DNA of 64,000 nt from NCBI GenBank assembly GCA_965649825.1, contig OZ287698.1, positions 1,255,949 through 1,319,948 on the forward strand, in the 5' to 3' direction. Below are positions 11,914 to 23,466 of the stretch, piece by piece; positions within the stretch are counted from its first letter, which is position 1, and each line of letters starts with the position of its first letter. The position numbers and the translations under genes are program-made. A model generated the notes under the pieces. That model did not search any database. It had not been told where the DNA came from and saw only the letters and a list, made by a program, of their open reading frames with translations. Origin of the DNA: Penicillus capitatus (taxonomy: Eukaryota > Plantae > Chlorophyta).

Positions 11914-12388
11914 TTAAGTCGGTTGACGTTTCTGCGAAATCGATGCCGCTTCGCGCTTGAGCACAGTTAACAGCGTTTGGGAAGATTCCAAGATCTTCGC
12001 ACAGGCAGCTTCGGTTTCGCGCACAATCTTAGCGTATCCATCCCTCTCCTCGACCTGTCATCTCGCCGTCCACTCTACCGAACACCGTTTCTACGGCGCA
12101 CCTTCTTCGCCAGCGTCTCGTTTATGGAGACCATTCGTTTCGTCAGAATCTGAATATCGGCTTGCATCTGCAATTTCTTCTGTTCTTCTTCCTCGATCTC
12201 CGCTTCTAGCATTGCATGACGTTTCTTGAATTCTGCCAGACCTGTGAACATCCACAGCGTCCTTCTCAATCGTCTCGTGGCGAAAGGACGCTTCGGTGAA
12301 GGTGTCTCGTACATTGCCCAAGAGCATGTGAGTTCTCTTCGAGGCGGCCGGCATCGGACGGCGATGGTATCGGCATCTGCATTTCCAT
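11914..12388 (-). CDS. SSNA1: SSNA1/NA14/DIP13 basal-body and microtubule coiled-coil protein
   Basis: Spliced ...LAEFKKRHAMLEAEI...[64 protein letters not shown] closely resembles DIP13 ([24 protein letters not shown]). Two introns. Confidence 0.9.
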
Positions 12389-12470
12389 GTCATCAATAAT
12401 AACCATCTGTTAGATTTGTAAAAGCTCTTGTCTTCTCCCGTTCGTTTGTGCGTGCGTTGCTTCGACAAAG

Positions 12471-12884
12471 ATGATGGACGTCGACGGTCCAAGCTCGAGT
12501 CGCGCAGGCGGCTCGCGTACACGAAGTGGCAAGCGCTTCGAAATGAAGAAGTGGAATGCGGTGGCGATGTGGTCCTGGGCTATCTGCACAGATACCTGCG
12601 CCATTTGTCGCAACAACCTGTACGAGCCGAGTATCGAATACCAGGCCAATCCGACAGGTCGCCATCGACTGTCGTGTTATCCCACAACGCCCTCCCTCTG
12701 TCCCATAGGTGATCATGGCCATCCAGGTCTCAGCATTGCGTGGGGTTCTTGTGGACATGTCTTTCATCTGGACTGCATCCAGCGTTGGCTCAAGACGCGT
12801 TCTGCTTGTCCATTGTGCAACAAGGAATGGGACTTTGCCAAGATTGAAAAGATTTTACCATCTGGCACATCGATGATGGAATAG
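12471..12884 (+). CDS. RBX1: RBX1-like RING-H2 cullin partner
   Basis: KKWNAVAMWSWAICTDTCAICRN...AWGSCGHVFHLDCIQRWLKTRSACPLCNKEW. One in-frame 51-nt intron at about 12658-12708. Confidence 0.92.
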   Translation: MMDVDGPSSSRAGGSRTRSGKRFEMKKWNAVAMWSWAICTDTCAICRNNLYEPSIEYQANPTGRHRLSCYPTTPSLCPIGDHGHPGLSIAWGSCGHVFHLDCIQRWLKTRSACPLCNKEWDFAKIEKILPSGTSMME

Positions 12885-12914
12885 AACTGCTGTTTCGTGG
12901 AGAACCGGCTGACG

Positions 12915-14350
12915 ATGTTGCAGCGTGTCTTGGTTTTAACAGACGGTACAGGCGATGCGGAGTTCCGCGCGACCGGTCTACTCGATGCCCTTAATCTGCA
13001 ACTCGCTGTGGAGCTTCAGGCACTCCTTGCAGAAGCGATCTCTGCTACAGCGTCGAATGCTCGCCAGGTTCTGCAGCTGTCGATGAAAGAGCTCAAATGG
13101 TGGCTGAGCTGCTTGCCCTATACTGGACTCTACTATCTGAAACAACTCTTCGCGAGATTCACGTTCAGCGACGCCGATACTCTGGAGACGGTGCGCAACA
13201 CCGAAGAGGGATCGACGCTGGTCGTGGCCTGTGGACAGAGCACCGTACCCACGGCCGTCGAGGTGATGCATGTCTCTTGACTGGACAAATCGTCTCCTGA
13301 TAAAAGGGTACAGTTGAAAATGGCTTTTGCGGAGAAGGTTTTCACCGTCTTTCTGGGCTATCCCTGCTGCCACTGCAAATTCTTTGGTAAGCGTACACGT
13401 GTGGTAGGCTCCAGATGCAGCGGTGGGTGCAGATGCGGTCGTGGCTGCCTCTCATGAGATTCTACGAAAACATGGCAACCGTCTATCCGCCAATGTTATC
13501 CAGACAGAGGTCGTTAGCGAAAAGGAAAGGAGTGGGAGAAGAGGTGTGATGTGATTGGACAGGGAATTGTGAATCGGGCGACGTATCGTTTGCTGCGGCA
13601 TTCCAAGACGCATTCTCAGCAGCAGTTCTGTCATGTGGCTTCTCCTATTCTTATTCTCCATGTTGGACGCCCCACATGTCGGTAATGCTGAAGAAGAGTG
13701 AGAAAACAATGAGAGTGGCCGTAGGGGAGTGCTTCTACGATATCGATCTCATCTTTGAACAGATTTGCACGACGTGTCGAGCGGCGATGAATAAGAATCT
13801 GATTTCCACAGCTGTCGTCGTTATCTCACACCGAACTCCAAAAAGAGTGATCGTTCTCATTGCACGGACAAAAGTGTGAGATGATGTGACAGTTGGTGGA
13901 ACGCATCCGAGCACAAGATTGGCTTAAACAATGGACCGGAGACTTTCTCTGTGCTCTACCGTGGGCAGACTTTGTGGCAGTAACAGCCGATTCGTTGCGC
14001 GCAGTTACGTCTCCTCTTCTGAACGCAACGTCTCATTCTACTGCAGTGTAGTGAGGTTGCCTCATCCGGGAAGCCTTTGATGACATTGGGCGAGGAATGC
14101 TGTCAAGGATCCTTGCTGCAGTTTTTTACGCTGTTGGGAGCAAAAGGCATCTCCAAACCGTTCTCCTTCGCCACGATGGTTATGTTCTTCGGCCTCGAGT
14201 TGAATGATGTGACGTTTGTGTGAGATGCAGGAAACACATGCAAGTGGTTGGAAGTACCCGGCAATGCATCCTTCTGTGGATGCCGCCAATCAAGTCGCCG
14301 AGCTCATTGCCAAGCGAAGCAAATTAAACAGCAAATGGTACAGAACTTAA
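12915..14350 (+). CDS. ELM1: Mitochondrial fission protein ELM1-like
   Basis: Spliced motifs RVLVLTDG...GLLDAL, LVVACGQST, SHRTP, LPWADFVAVTADS, SEVASSGKP, WKYP match the ELM1 family. About 6 introns. Confidence 0.75.
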
Positions 14351-14865
14351 CAACCCGGCGTCCATTAAAGATTTCCCTCGGATAATCCTTCTTCCATCTA
14401 TCCTACCCGAGTTAACATCGATGGATCTCACAAAAAGGAAAATGCTAAAGGGAAAGATTTTGCTCTTCAGTAACTGCAAACGAATGTAACAAGGCGAATA
14501 CAAACAAACAATGACACCATCTAATAGAGAAACCGAATATGTTGTTCACACCGCACATTATTTAGAGAGTTGATTTTTCCTACGGGTAAGTGAGCCAAGA
14601 GGAAAAGGTGGTTCATTACGTGCAGCTGGGAAGGAACTCGATTATTCAGGCGGCACAGGTCTTGCGAATGAAATGCAAATACAAAATGTGCACTTTGGGC
14701 AGAGGAGAGTGGACTTTAAACGGAGCAACTAATCAATCGTCTTTCACCGATCATTATTTGTACACCCAAAATCGAGTGGGGGTCGATGACATTCGATTAA
14801 GACCAAAAGTGGAAGGGCAACTTCAATAGAGCTCTTATTTAGTTAGCCTTGGCATCTTTCTACCA

Positions 14866-16463
14866 TCACTGCTTCCCCATGCTGTGCATCACGAGGGCAA
14901 ACAGTGCAAACTGTGCCAACGACATCTGACTGTATCTACTGGAATACGATTCGGATCGGGATTGCGTTCGACGCGAGGACGGACGGCTGTTGTCACGCGA
15001 CCGCGATTGAGCCTTTGCCTGTCTCAAGGCATCTTCGCATTGGGTGGAGATATTGTGCAGGCGGAGATTGCGCTCCAGCAAAGGTGTGCCATTCCCGTCA
15101 TGACCACCTGTCACTCGCGTACGGGCACGGAGCAAGACATATCTCTTCTTGTAGGTCGCAGCCTTTAGCAAGGCATCGTTCTTCTGCTTTTCAGTGGCCT
15201 CTTGCTTCAAAGTCACATGGTGCAGTGTTCGTTCAAGCATTTTGATCTTCGCCTCCATTCCGTCCACTTTTCGTCTGTACTCATCGAGTTCTTGATCCCG
15301 TTCATCGTGGGATGCGGCATCGTTGTGTGTGCCATCTCTACCTTCTCTCCAACGTCCATGGCGCAGCTTTGACAAAACGTGATCTCTGCGTGTGATGTGA
15401 CCCATGAGTTTTGTCTTCTCGATCTCCATCAGTTCCAAACTGTGCTGCAGAGCCTGGATGGTTTCGTCTTTTTGCGCCACGATCTTCTTCATCTCCAGAG
15501 ACTTTCGATCAAATGCTTCACGAACGAGTGTCATATCCGTTCTGTGTCTCTTTCTCAAGCTATCCATCTCTGCTTCCGTTTCGGACAGCGCCTCATCCTT
15601 CAGCTGCATCTTGGAGAACGCTTTGGTCAGATCGCACGACAAACGATCGAGCTTCTTTTGAAGATGGCGCGACTTTTTGGAACCCTTACGGCTGCCCTTA
15701 CCTTCGTGCTCGCCCTTTGCCTTCTCGAGCTGATCTAGAAGCAACGACACATGATGCTCGCTGCGATGCACTTCATCATGTGTGAGCTCCAAGTCCTCAT
15801 TTGTCTTCTCCAGTCTTTCCTACACCATACGTCCAGACCAGAACCCCCACGGCGTTTGTGACGGACCTCTAGTAACTTGATGCGTTTTTGAAGGAGTTCA
15901 TTCTCTTGTGTCGCACTCTTCAGCTGTGCGCTCACGTCCGGTACATTGACCAAAGAAGCAAGCTCTTCTTCGAGCTGATGTGCCCGCGAGGTCATTTCTC
16001 GCAATTGAGCATCTTTTGATTCGATCTCTTTTCGGTAGAGACTCTGGAGGTCTGAGAAATTGAGAATGACATCCTGAGCGTCGTCCGCCATATCGGATGG
16101 CTTCAAATTCTCGCACGAAGCGCAGGAATGTCGTCTGTTTGCGGTACGATGTGTTTCTTTTGGTTGGTTGGATTCGTCTTGCCGTTCCCGGTGGCAGGCG
16201 TTGGGATGAACGTTTGATTCACGCAGAGATGCCATGTCTTCCAGAAGCTTTGCCTTTTCTGCTTGGAGTTTTGCCTTTTCGGCCGTCAGCGTTGCATTAT
16301 GACGTTCGGCATCGATGGCGCGCTGCATCAAGACAGCAGAGGTCGACCAACAAGATCCATCGTCCTGTGCAACGCATAACTTTTCGATATCACGGTAAAG
16401 GTCATCCCTTTCTTCCAGTAACTGTGCGACTTGCTTCTCGAGTTCTTGAACACGGGCTTCCAT
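14866..16463 (-). CDS. Long coiled-coil protein (plant 'myosin heavy chain-related' type)
   Basis: Two long coiled-coil ORFs joined by an intron near 15.8 kb. The N-terminus LEKQVAQLLEERDDLYRDIEKLC resembles a plant coiled-coil family. The 3' end is uncertain. Confidence 0.6.
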
Positions 16464-16595
16464 CGCCAACAACGAGAATGAAAACGCACTGCCTTGTTTT
16501 TCGGGACTCGAGGTACAATCCAATCGTACAACTCTCTGCCGCTAGTTGCGTGTCACATCAGCCACTCTACGAGTGGCGCCGTGCTTCGAAGAGAA

Positions 16596-17378
16596 ATGAC
16601 GTCTTGGATGCTCTTACTGCTCGTGGTCGTGGGAATGGTATGGATGCTGCGAAAGACCCGCCCGCATGCCCCATACCATCACGTGCCTGTCCTCATTGTC
16701 TTGGGATCCGGTCTTCCACCACGTCCTTGTGAAAAGCAAGAGAGAGGAGACGGTTGATGGTTCAGGAGGACATACCACGGAGATGCTGCGACTGATGTGT
16801 CAGATGGACTTGGATTTCTACACACCGCGCACCTATGTCGTGGCCGACACCGATAAGCACAGCGCAGCCAAATCCGCATCCTTTGAAGAGGAGCACCATC
16901 GTCAGGCATCTCTGCTCATCCCGTTGTCCCCGAGATGTCTCGATGACAGGAGGGAATGAAGAATCGCTAGTGGAAACGATTCGACGCAGCCGTGAAGTGG
17001 GTCAGTCCTTTGTGACATCATTCTTCACGACGCTACAAGGATGTATCGCTGCCATCGGCATCGTTCTCCGTCACAGGCCGAAATTGGTTCTGGTGAATGG
17101 CCCTGGCACTTGTATTCCGATCTGTCTGGCTGTCCGTGTCTTCAGGTCGATCTATTTGATCAGTCCGTGTCCTTCGTGATCTCTTCTGTCGATGTAGTTT
17201 GTGTGGCGGCGGCTGGCGATGCAGGATTGTGTTTTTCGAGAGCATTGCACGTGTGACATCGCTGTCACTTTCCGGAAAAATACTCTATTGGTTCCGCCTT
17301 ACAGACCTCTTTCTCGTCCAATGGCCAGAACTCCGCAATAACTATCCAAGAACGGAATACGTTTGTCGTTTGTTCTAG
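16596..17378 (+). CDS. ALG14: UDP-GlcNAc transferase subunit ALG14
   Basis: N-terminal TM, VLGSGGHTTEML, YVVADTD, RSREVGQS, NGPGTCIP, VFVESIARVTSLSLSGKIL, VQWPEL. Confidence 0.93.
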
Positions 17379-17518
17379 ACATTCAAGAAAAAACAATGCA
17401 CATCGATCAGTCGACCCATCTACTCAAATATTCTGTCGTCTCATTCTTTTAGGATCAGATGGATCATCCTGTGTTCGAAAAGAAACGAAAGGGACAGCAT
17501 CGGATGCAATTCGGATGA

Positions 17519-20500
17519 CTACTCAAGGGAAGGAACGGGAAGCGGCTCGATCTCCCAAATCTCCCGTGCATACTCCTCGATGGTGCGATCGGAGGAGAAC
17601 TTTCCAGATCCGGCCACCGACATGATGCTCATACGCGTCCACTTGTTCTCATCTTTGTACACTTGTTCGATGGTGTCTTGCATCTCGATGTAGTCGGGGA
17701 AATCGTTGGCCACCAGATATCTGTCTTCGCTGCCCGTGACAGATTCGATGAGGGGCTTGAAGTAATCCTCCCATCCAAAAGTCCCGCGTTGAACCAGGTC
17801 GATGACATGAAGGAAGCGACCATCTGGTTTGTAGCTCTCACGGTTCTCGCGGAGTTTGGGAACTGCCTCGGCACGAGCGCCAAAGATAAACATGTTCTCC
17901 TCTCCAATCTCTTCAGCGATCTCCACATTTGCGCCGTCCATTGTGCCCACGATCAGACAGCCGTTCATCGCAAATTTCATATTGGAAGTGCCGGACGCTT
18001 CGGTCCCTGCCGTGCTGATGTGCTGCGACAACTCGCAACCTGCAACAAGGACCTGCTGCACGACAAGGGTTTGGGCGGTCAGAACGAATAGACCTGGAAT
18101 GAGCTTTTCGGCAGAGGAGACATTGTAGTCCGGAACGAAGACCACCTTCATCAGATCTCCGATGTCTCTGTCATTGTTGATCGTTTCGCCCACGGCGCAG
18201 ACGAGTTTGATAACGCGTTTGGCCATCTCGTATCCTGGTGCTGCTTTGCCGCCGATGACGCAGACGCGAGGGATCACGTTCTGGCGTTGGGCTGGCGTCA
18301 TCTGCTTGATCTGATCATACCTCCAAATGATACCGAAGATGTTGAGCAACTGGCGCTTGTATTCGTGAATCCTTTTGATCTGCGCAACAGCAGCACATCA
18401 CACCGAAACAGAAGCTGCGCAGAAGCTGAGGTCATTTTCGCACTTGCATATCCAACATCACGTTTTCGGGAACGGCGACGCCTGTCACTTCTTCAATGTA
18501 CTTCAAGGCTTCAGCCTTGGCATTCTGTTTCACCTCCACCCACTTTTCTCTGAACTCTGGATCGTCCACAAAGGCACGCAATCCCGTAAGCAATGTCAAA
18601 TCTTTGATCCAATCTTGTGTTCCCAATGCTTCTGTAATGAGCTCTCTGAGTCCGGGATTGCAAAAAGCCAGCCATCTTCTCTGTGTCACACCATTCGTCT
18701 TGTTCTGGAATTTGTGTGGGAAGATCTCGTAGAAATTCTTGAAGATCGTTGTCTTGATCAGATCAGAATGAATGGCGGCGACGCCATTGACAGTGTGGCT
18801 TGCAACGATGGCCAGGTAGGCCATACGAATGACTTTGCCTGCCGGTGTATCTTCGATGATGGCCATGGATCCAATCTTCTCCCAATCGTCCCCATACTTA
18901 AGCTTCAATTCCTGAAGGAATCTCCAGTTCATGTCGTAAATGATCTGCATGTGTCTCGGAAGGAGCTTCTCCACAAGTGTCACCGGCCACTTCTCAAGCG
19001 CTTCTGGCAGGACAGTATGATTGGTAAAGGAAAAGACCTTCGTCGTGATCTCCCAACTCTTCGTCCATCCCAACTTGTTCTCGTCCATCAGCACACGCAT
19101 CAGTTCAGGAACGGCGATAGTGGGATGCGTATCGTTCAGCTGAAAGGCACACTTTTCGGGAAACTCATCAAATGTCGAGTGACGATCCTTATAACGACGC
19201 ACCACATCCTAGATAGACATCGCACACGGATGGGACATTTGGTCATCGACAGCAGTCGCTGGCGCACTTGAATGGTGGCACTGCAGAGGAAGTGCTGCTG
19301 CTTCAATCTGAGTTCTTTGCCTTTGTACGTACGGTCGTCTGGATAAAGGACACTGCTGATGGTCTCTGCCTTCTGCTTTGCCAGAATGGCTTGAACGTAA
19401 TCTCCCGTATTGAATGCCTCCAGATCGAAAGCCTTCGACGGTTTGGCTGCCCAGAGACGCAGATTGATCGTATTGTTTGTTCCAAAACCCGGAATGGGAT
19501 TGTCAAAGGCCACGGCCGTCACCCGTTCTCCAGGATTCCACTTAAAAATCTGCCGGCCGTCTTCCTGATGCACAGAGACGTGTCCATAGAACGCGATGTC
19601 ATAGTTGACGTTGTGGCGTTCGATTTCCCACGGATTGCCAAAGTTCAGCCAGTAATCTGGCTGCTCGTGCTGAAACCCATCGACAATACTCTGACGAAAC
19701 ATGCCGTACTCATAACGAATGCCATAGCCCCAGGCAGGCAGCTCCAATGTGGCCATGGAATCGAGAAAACAGGCGGCGAGACGTCCCAGTCCACCATTCC
19801 CCAATGCAGCATCGCGTTCGTGTGTCATCACCGTCTCCAAATCGTATCCCAACTCCCTCAGCGCCTCGCTGTAAGGCTCCTTCACATTCAGGTTGTAGAG
19901 AGTATTCATGAGCGAACGTCCCATCAGGAACTCCATCGACAGGTAATACACACGTTTTGGATCTTGTTCCCTACATCAGCAAAAGTCGCATCACCACCTG
20001 TCTCGCACGCATTCTGTCGGACCTGTAGTAATTCTGCGTATCGTTCCACGATTCGATGAGACGATCTCGCAGACTGTAGGCCGTTGCCTGGTACGCTTCT
20101 TGGTTATCAAAATTGAAGCGGCTTCGAGCCAGTGTGTACTCTGCATGGTTCACAATGCTTTGCTGAATGCTCAGCACGTCATTCTTGATATAGGTATCTG
20201 TCATAGACACCGCCATCATATTCAGTCTTTATCGGTATGTCAGCGCACCCATGAGTGTATAGAGTGTTTCGCTGGTGGCTTCCTTTTGGCGGAAATCGGG
20301 TCGAGTGCGATCTCCCGTCGACTTGGTCCGCGAAGACAGCAACGTCTCGATGCATTTCTTCACATTCGCCGTGTCTTTTTCGTCGGTCAATTTTTCGCCG
20401 GTGACGTCGTCGACGATATAGAACTTGTCGAAGACGTTTCCGTCCAAGTTGCCAACCTCTGCTTTCATCACTTCAAGACCGAGATCGCTGAAGAGTGAGG

Positions 20501-20837
20501 TAATGGAGTTCAGAAGGCCACTCTTGCTCTTTCCTTGAACCGTGATGACGGTGTAGTCGTCGTGGTCGTCGTTGCTGAGCTCGACGCTGAGGAGGGAAGT
20601 TTTGGTTGAGGCTGGCGAAACGTCGTCGAGACTTGTGCGCAAACGAAAACGGTGTGCATCTTTGACGAGTCGGCGATGCGGCGGGATCCATGAAGCGGCA
20701 ACGCGTGGTGGCAGACGACGGCGAAGCAGACGGTGCGTTCGGCCGAGACGCGCGACGCGCAAACGCAGAGGCGCACGAAGACCGTAACGCGAAACGGAGC
20801 TCTGCATGAGGCTGTGACAAACAGGGCGTGCGTGCAT
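17519..20837 (-). CDS. PHO: Plastid alpha-glucan (starch) phosphorylase with N-terminal ACT domain
   Basis: Transit peptide and ACT-like [21 protein letters not shown]. Catalytic motifs [67 protein letters not shown]. Start at 20837 or 20807. Confidence 0.97.
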
Positions 20838-20862
20838 GGACGGCGTCAATAATGATCGATCG

Positions 20863-23413
20863 CTAAGTGTCCCATCGACGTCTTGTCATCGCAGCCTGAG
20901 GTGCTTGGCTCGTACTCGGAATGCCGGTCTCGATCATGTACCTGTCACATCACAGATCGATTCAAGTTGGAAGCTGGGTAGATGGATAGACTTGAGGATG
21001 TAATCATTAAAATTGAGCCGGAGAAAGAACTGTCGGAGGGAAGGTCCTCGGCTGCGCTCTTGCAGTCGGGCACTTTGCAGAAGAGAGTAGACATTCTGAA
21101 CAGCGCTTTCGAAGTCTTTGGCCACCGTCGAGACCTTACGGTCGTCAGCCGCCTCACAGTTATCTGTCCCATCATCGTTTTTAATGAATACACAGACGGT
21201 GCGGCAGGCTTTGAAGATCGCATGGATGTGATCGCTAACCGTCTGGGTCACCAAGAACGCATGCAGGAGCAAAGCGTCGACATACCTGTCACATCACATC
21301 ACACTTACTCAGCTGCGCCCTACAGATGAATATTCAGATCTCACTCTTCATGTCGCCGTGCTGCTTTCATGAAATCCTGTGACTGTAGGATGCCGTCCTT
21401 AAGCTGTTGAAAATACACCTCGATCACATCGTGCTGCAGGTAGATCTGAAGATTGAGGATGAAATGGCCCATGTGATGTCGCAGCTGCGTGAGTCTCTGG
21501 CGCGAGGGAGTCAGCGAGAATCTCCCTTTGCCCATCTGCCGTTCCCTTCGATGGTTGTCACGTACACGATAGCTGCACATGATCTGCCAGGCCTCATCGA
21601 GCTCCAGCTGAACACGTTTGAGCTTGAGCAGAAACTGAAAGAGAGTATTGTAACGTCCTAACAGGACAGGCGTGATAATCAGTCCCAATGGCCACTCCAC
21701 GCGAAAAGTGAGGTAAAGGTGATCCCATCCGTCTCCAAACTGCGGCACCGCAATCTCTCTCTGATTCTTTGTGAGCACCTGGAGGAGAGACATCAAAAGA
21801 GTGTGAGAAGAGTGACATACTTTGATAGACTCTCGAGTCCATCGAAGACGGAAGAACTGAAAGTACTTGTCATGTTGCACTTGCGTTTTGAGAGAGGACT
21901 GCATGAATGGAACAACGATGTCGGACTCCGCCGTCGCATCTCTGGGAGGAAGGGCCATGAGTTGCTGGCTCTCGGTCAAGAACGTGTGATAGAACTCTCC
22001 TTTGGAGAGCAGAAAATAATCTTTCAGTGCTTCCAGATGCGATAGCAGTTCCGCTTTCACAACGACCAGATGCCAGAGATGCGATGCTACTTTTGCACGG
22101 ATGCTCTCGATTGTCCGATCGAAGGCCACTCGATTGAACTCGGTCTTGGACTTCAGGATTCTCAGGTTTTGAGAACATTCCAAGGTATCTGCATAGGGCA
22201 GCAAATCCTGTCCTTCAAAGCTCCCCTTTGGATGTCGCAAGATCTTCACAGCTTGGCCGATGAAGTTAATCCGCTCGGCGATTTGTTCATCCAGGTATGG
22301 CGGAATATTGGCAATCACTGTCTCAAATTCCTGATAGACACACAGCGAAGATGTCTTTATTTTGAAGAACCTTCCGGAGGCGAGATCTCACTGTACACCA
22401 AATATCGCCAGCCGCCAGTTCGATGTGACTTGTCGTTTCAGCATCGCGCGTATGATCCGAATCGTGCGTAATCTCCATGATGAAGAACTCGCGTGTTCGG
22501 TCAAGAAACAGTCCATGTACCATCCTGTCAGCAGACTCAAGGGATAGGACAATCACTAGATGAGGCTTGAAATGGCACCATGCAGAGAGCTGCGTGTAGA
22601 GGACTTGATTGCAATGCCAGAGCAGTCGCTGCATACAGGAATGCAAAACCGGTAATCCGGAATGCCCCATGTCGCACAAGACATTCAGCAACTCCCGTCC
22701 TCTCAGATTTCCCATCACGATCTTGTACAGCAGTCGGTGGATCTGAGGAAACAACGTCTACAACACAGACTGCACCCGTTGACTTCCCCATCGAGCAGGT
22801 GATGCCTGGTAATCGATTAAGAAATGACGGATGGAAGGGAGAACTGGCGTCGCTTCGGTGGACAGGTGTCTCTGAATCTTCAGGACTGCTCCCTGATAGA
22901 CCTGCTGCAATTCTATCGACAGACAACGTAAGTCAGGTGCGGTCCATTGCCAATGGGTGTTGAGAACCGGCGATTCCTGCAGCCAATGCTCTGCGATAGA
23001 CGGACCTCTGCGCATCCACGGCACCGACGACCGGTCCGCCCTCTTCTTCCACATAGACGTCGAGTGCTTGATAGTGATAGCCCAAATGCACGAGCTCATC
23101 CAACAGAGTGCTGAAGTAGACAACCGTGGATGTTGTCGTCCATCATCCATCTGTACCAAAGGACTATACCGATCCGGAGCGGAAACCCAGTTGACATGCG
23201 CCGCCAGGGCGAAGCTCGGAGCGTCGGGATCCGTCAGTGTCTTCTCAGGACGTCTGCTCAGCGGAATAGGGTCAAAATATGTCGGACGTGGTCCGGCACA
23301 AACGGCGGCGCATTGTCGACAAAGACATCGCCTGTGTGTCCCAGCAGGGCCAGAAGAAATTCTTGCAGTAGATTGGCGTAAGAAGTCGCCGGTTCTGGAC
23401 GGTCAATCGTCAT
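20863..23413 (-). CDS. GCP4: Gamma-tubulin complex component 4 (GRIP domains)
   Basis: QEFLLALLGHTGD, LYTQLSAW.VHGLF, EFFI, INFIGQAV, LKDYFLLSKGEFY, F.V.WPL.LI, YNTLFQFLLKLKRVQ, FLRLNFN. Stop at 20863 if the 50-nt intron 20942-20991 is spliced, otherwise 20934. Confidence 0.9.
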
Positions 23414-23466
23414 GACGGTCGTGCGTTTCGCCGAGGAGACAGAACGGTTTCTCAATCAGACGCATT

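Noticed and set aside
18375-20059. Long plus-strand ORFs (298 aa and 263 aa) opposite starch phosphorylase; similar shadows opposite AMT, GCP4, Der and PRP39
   Set aside because: Antisense shadows of conserved coding sequence with no recognisable motifs.
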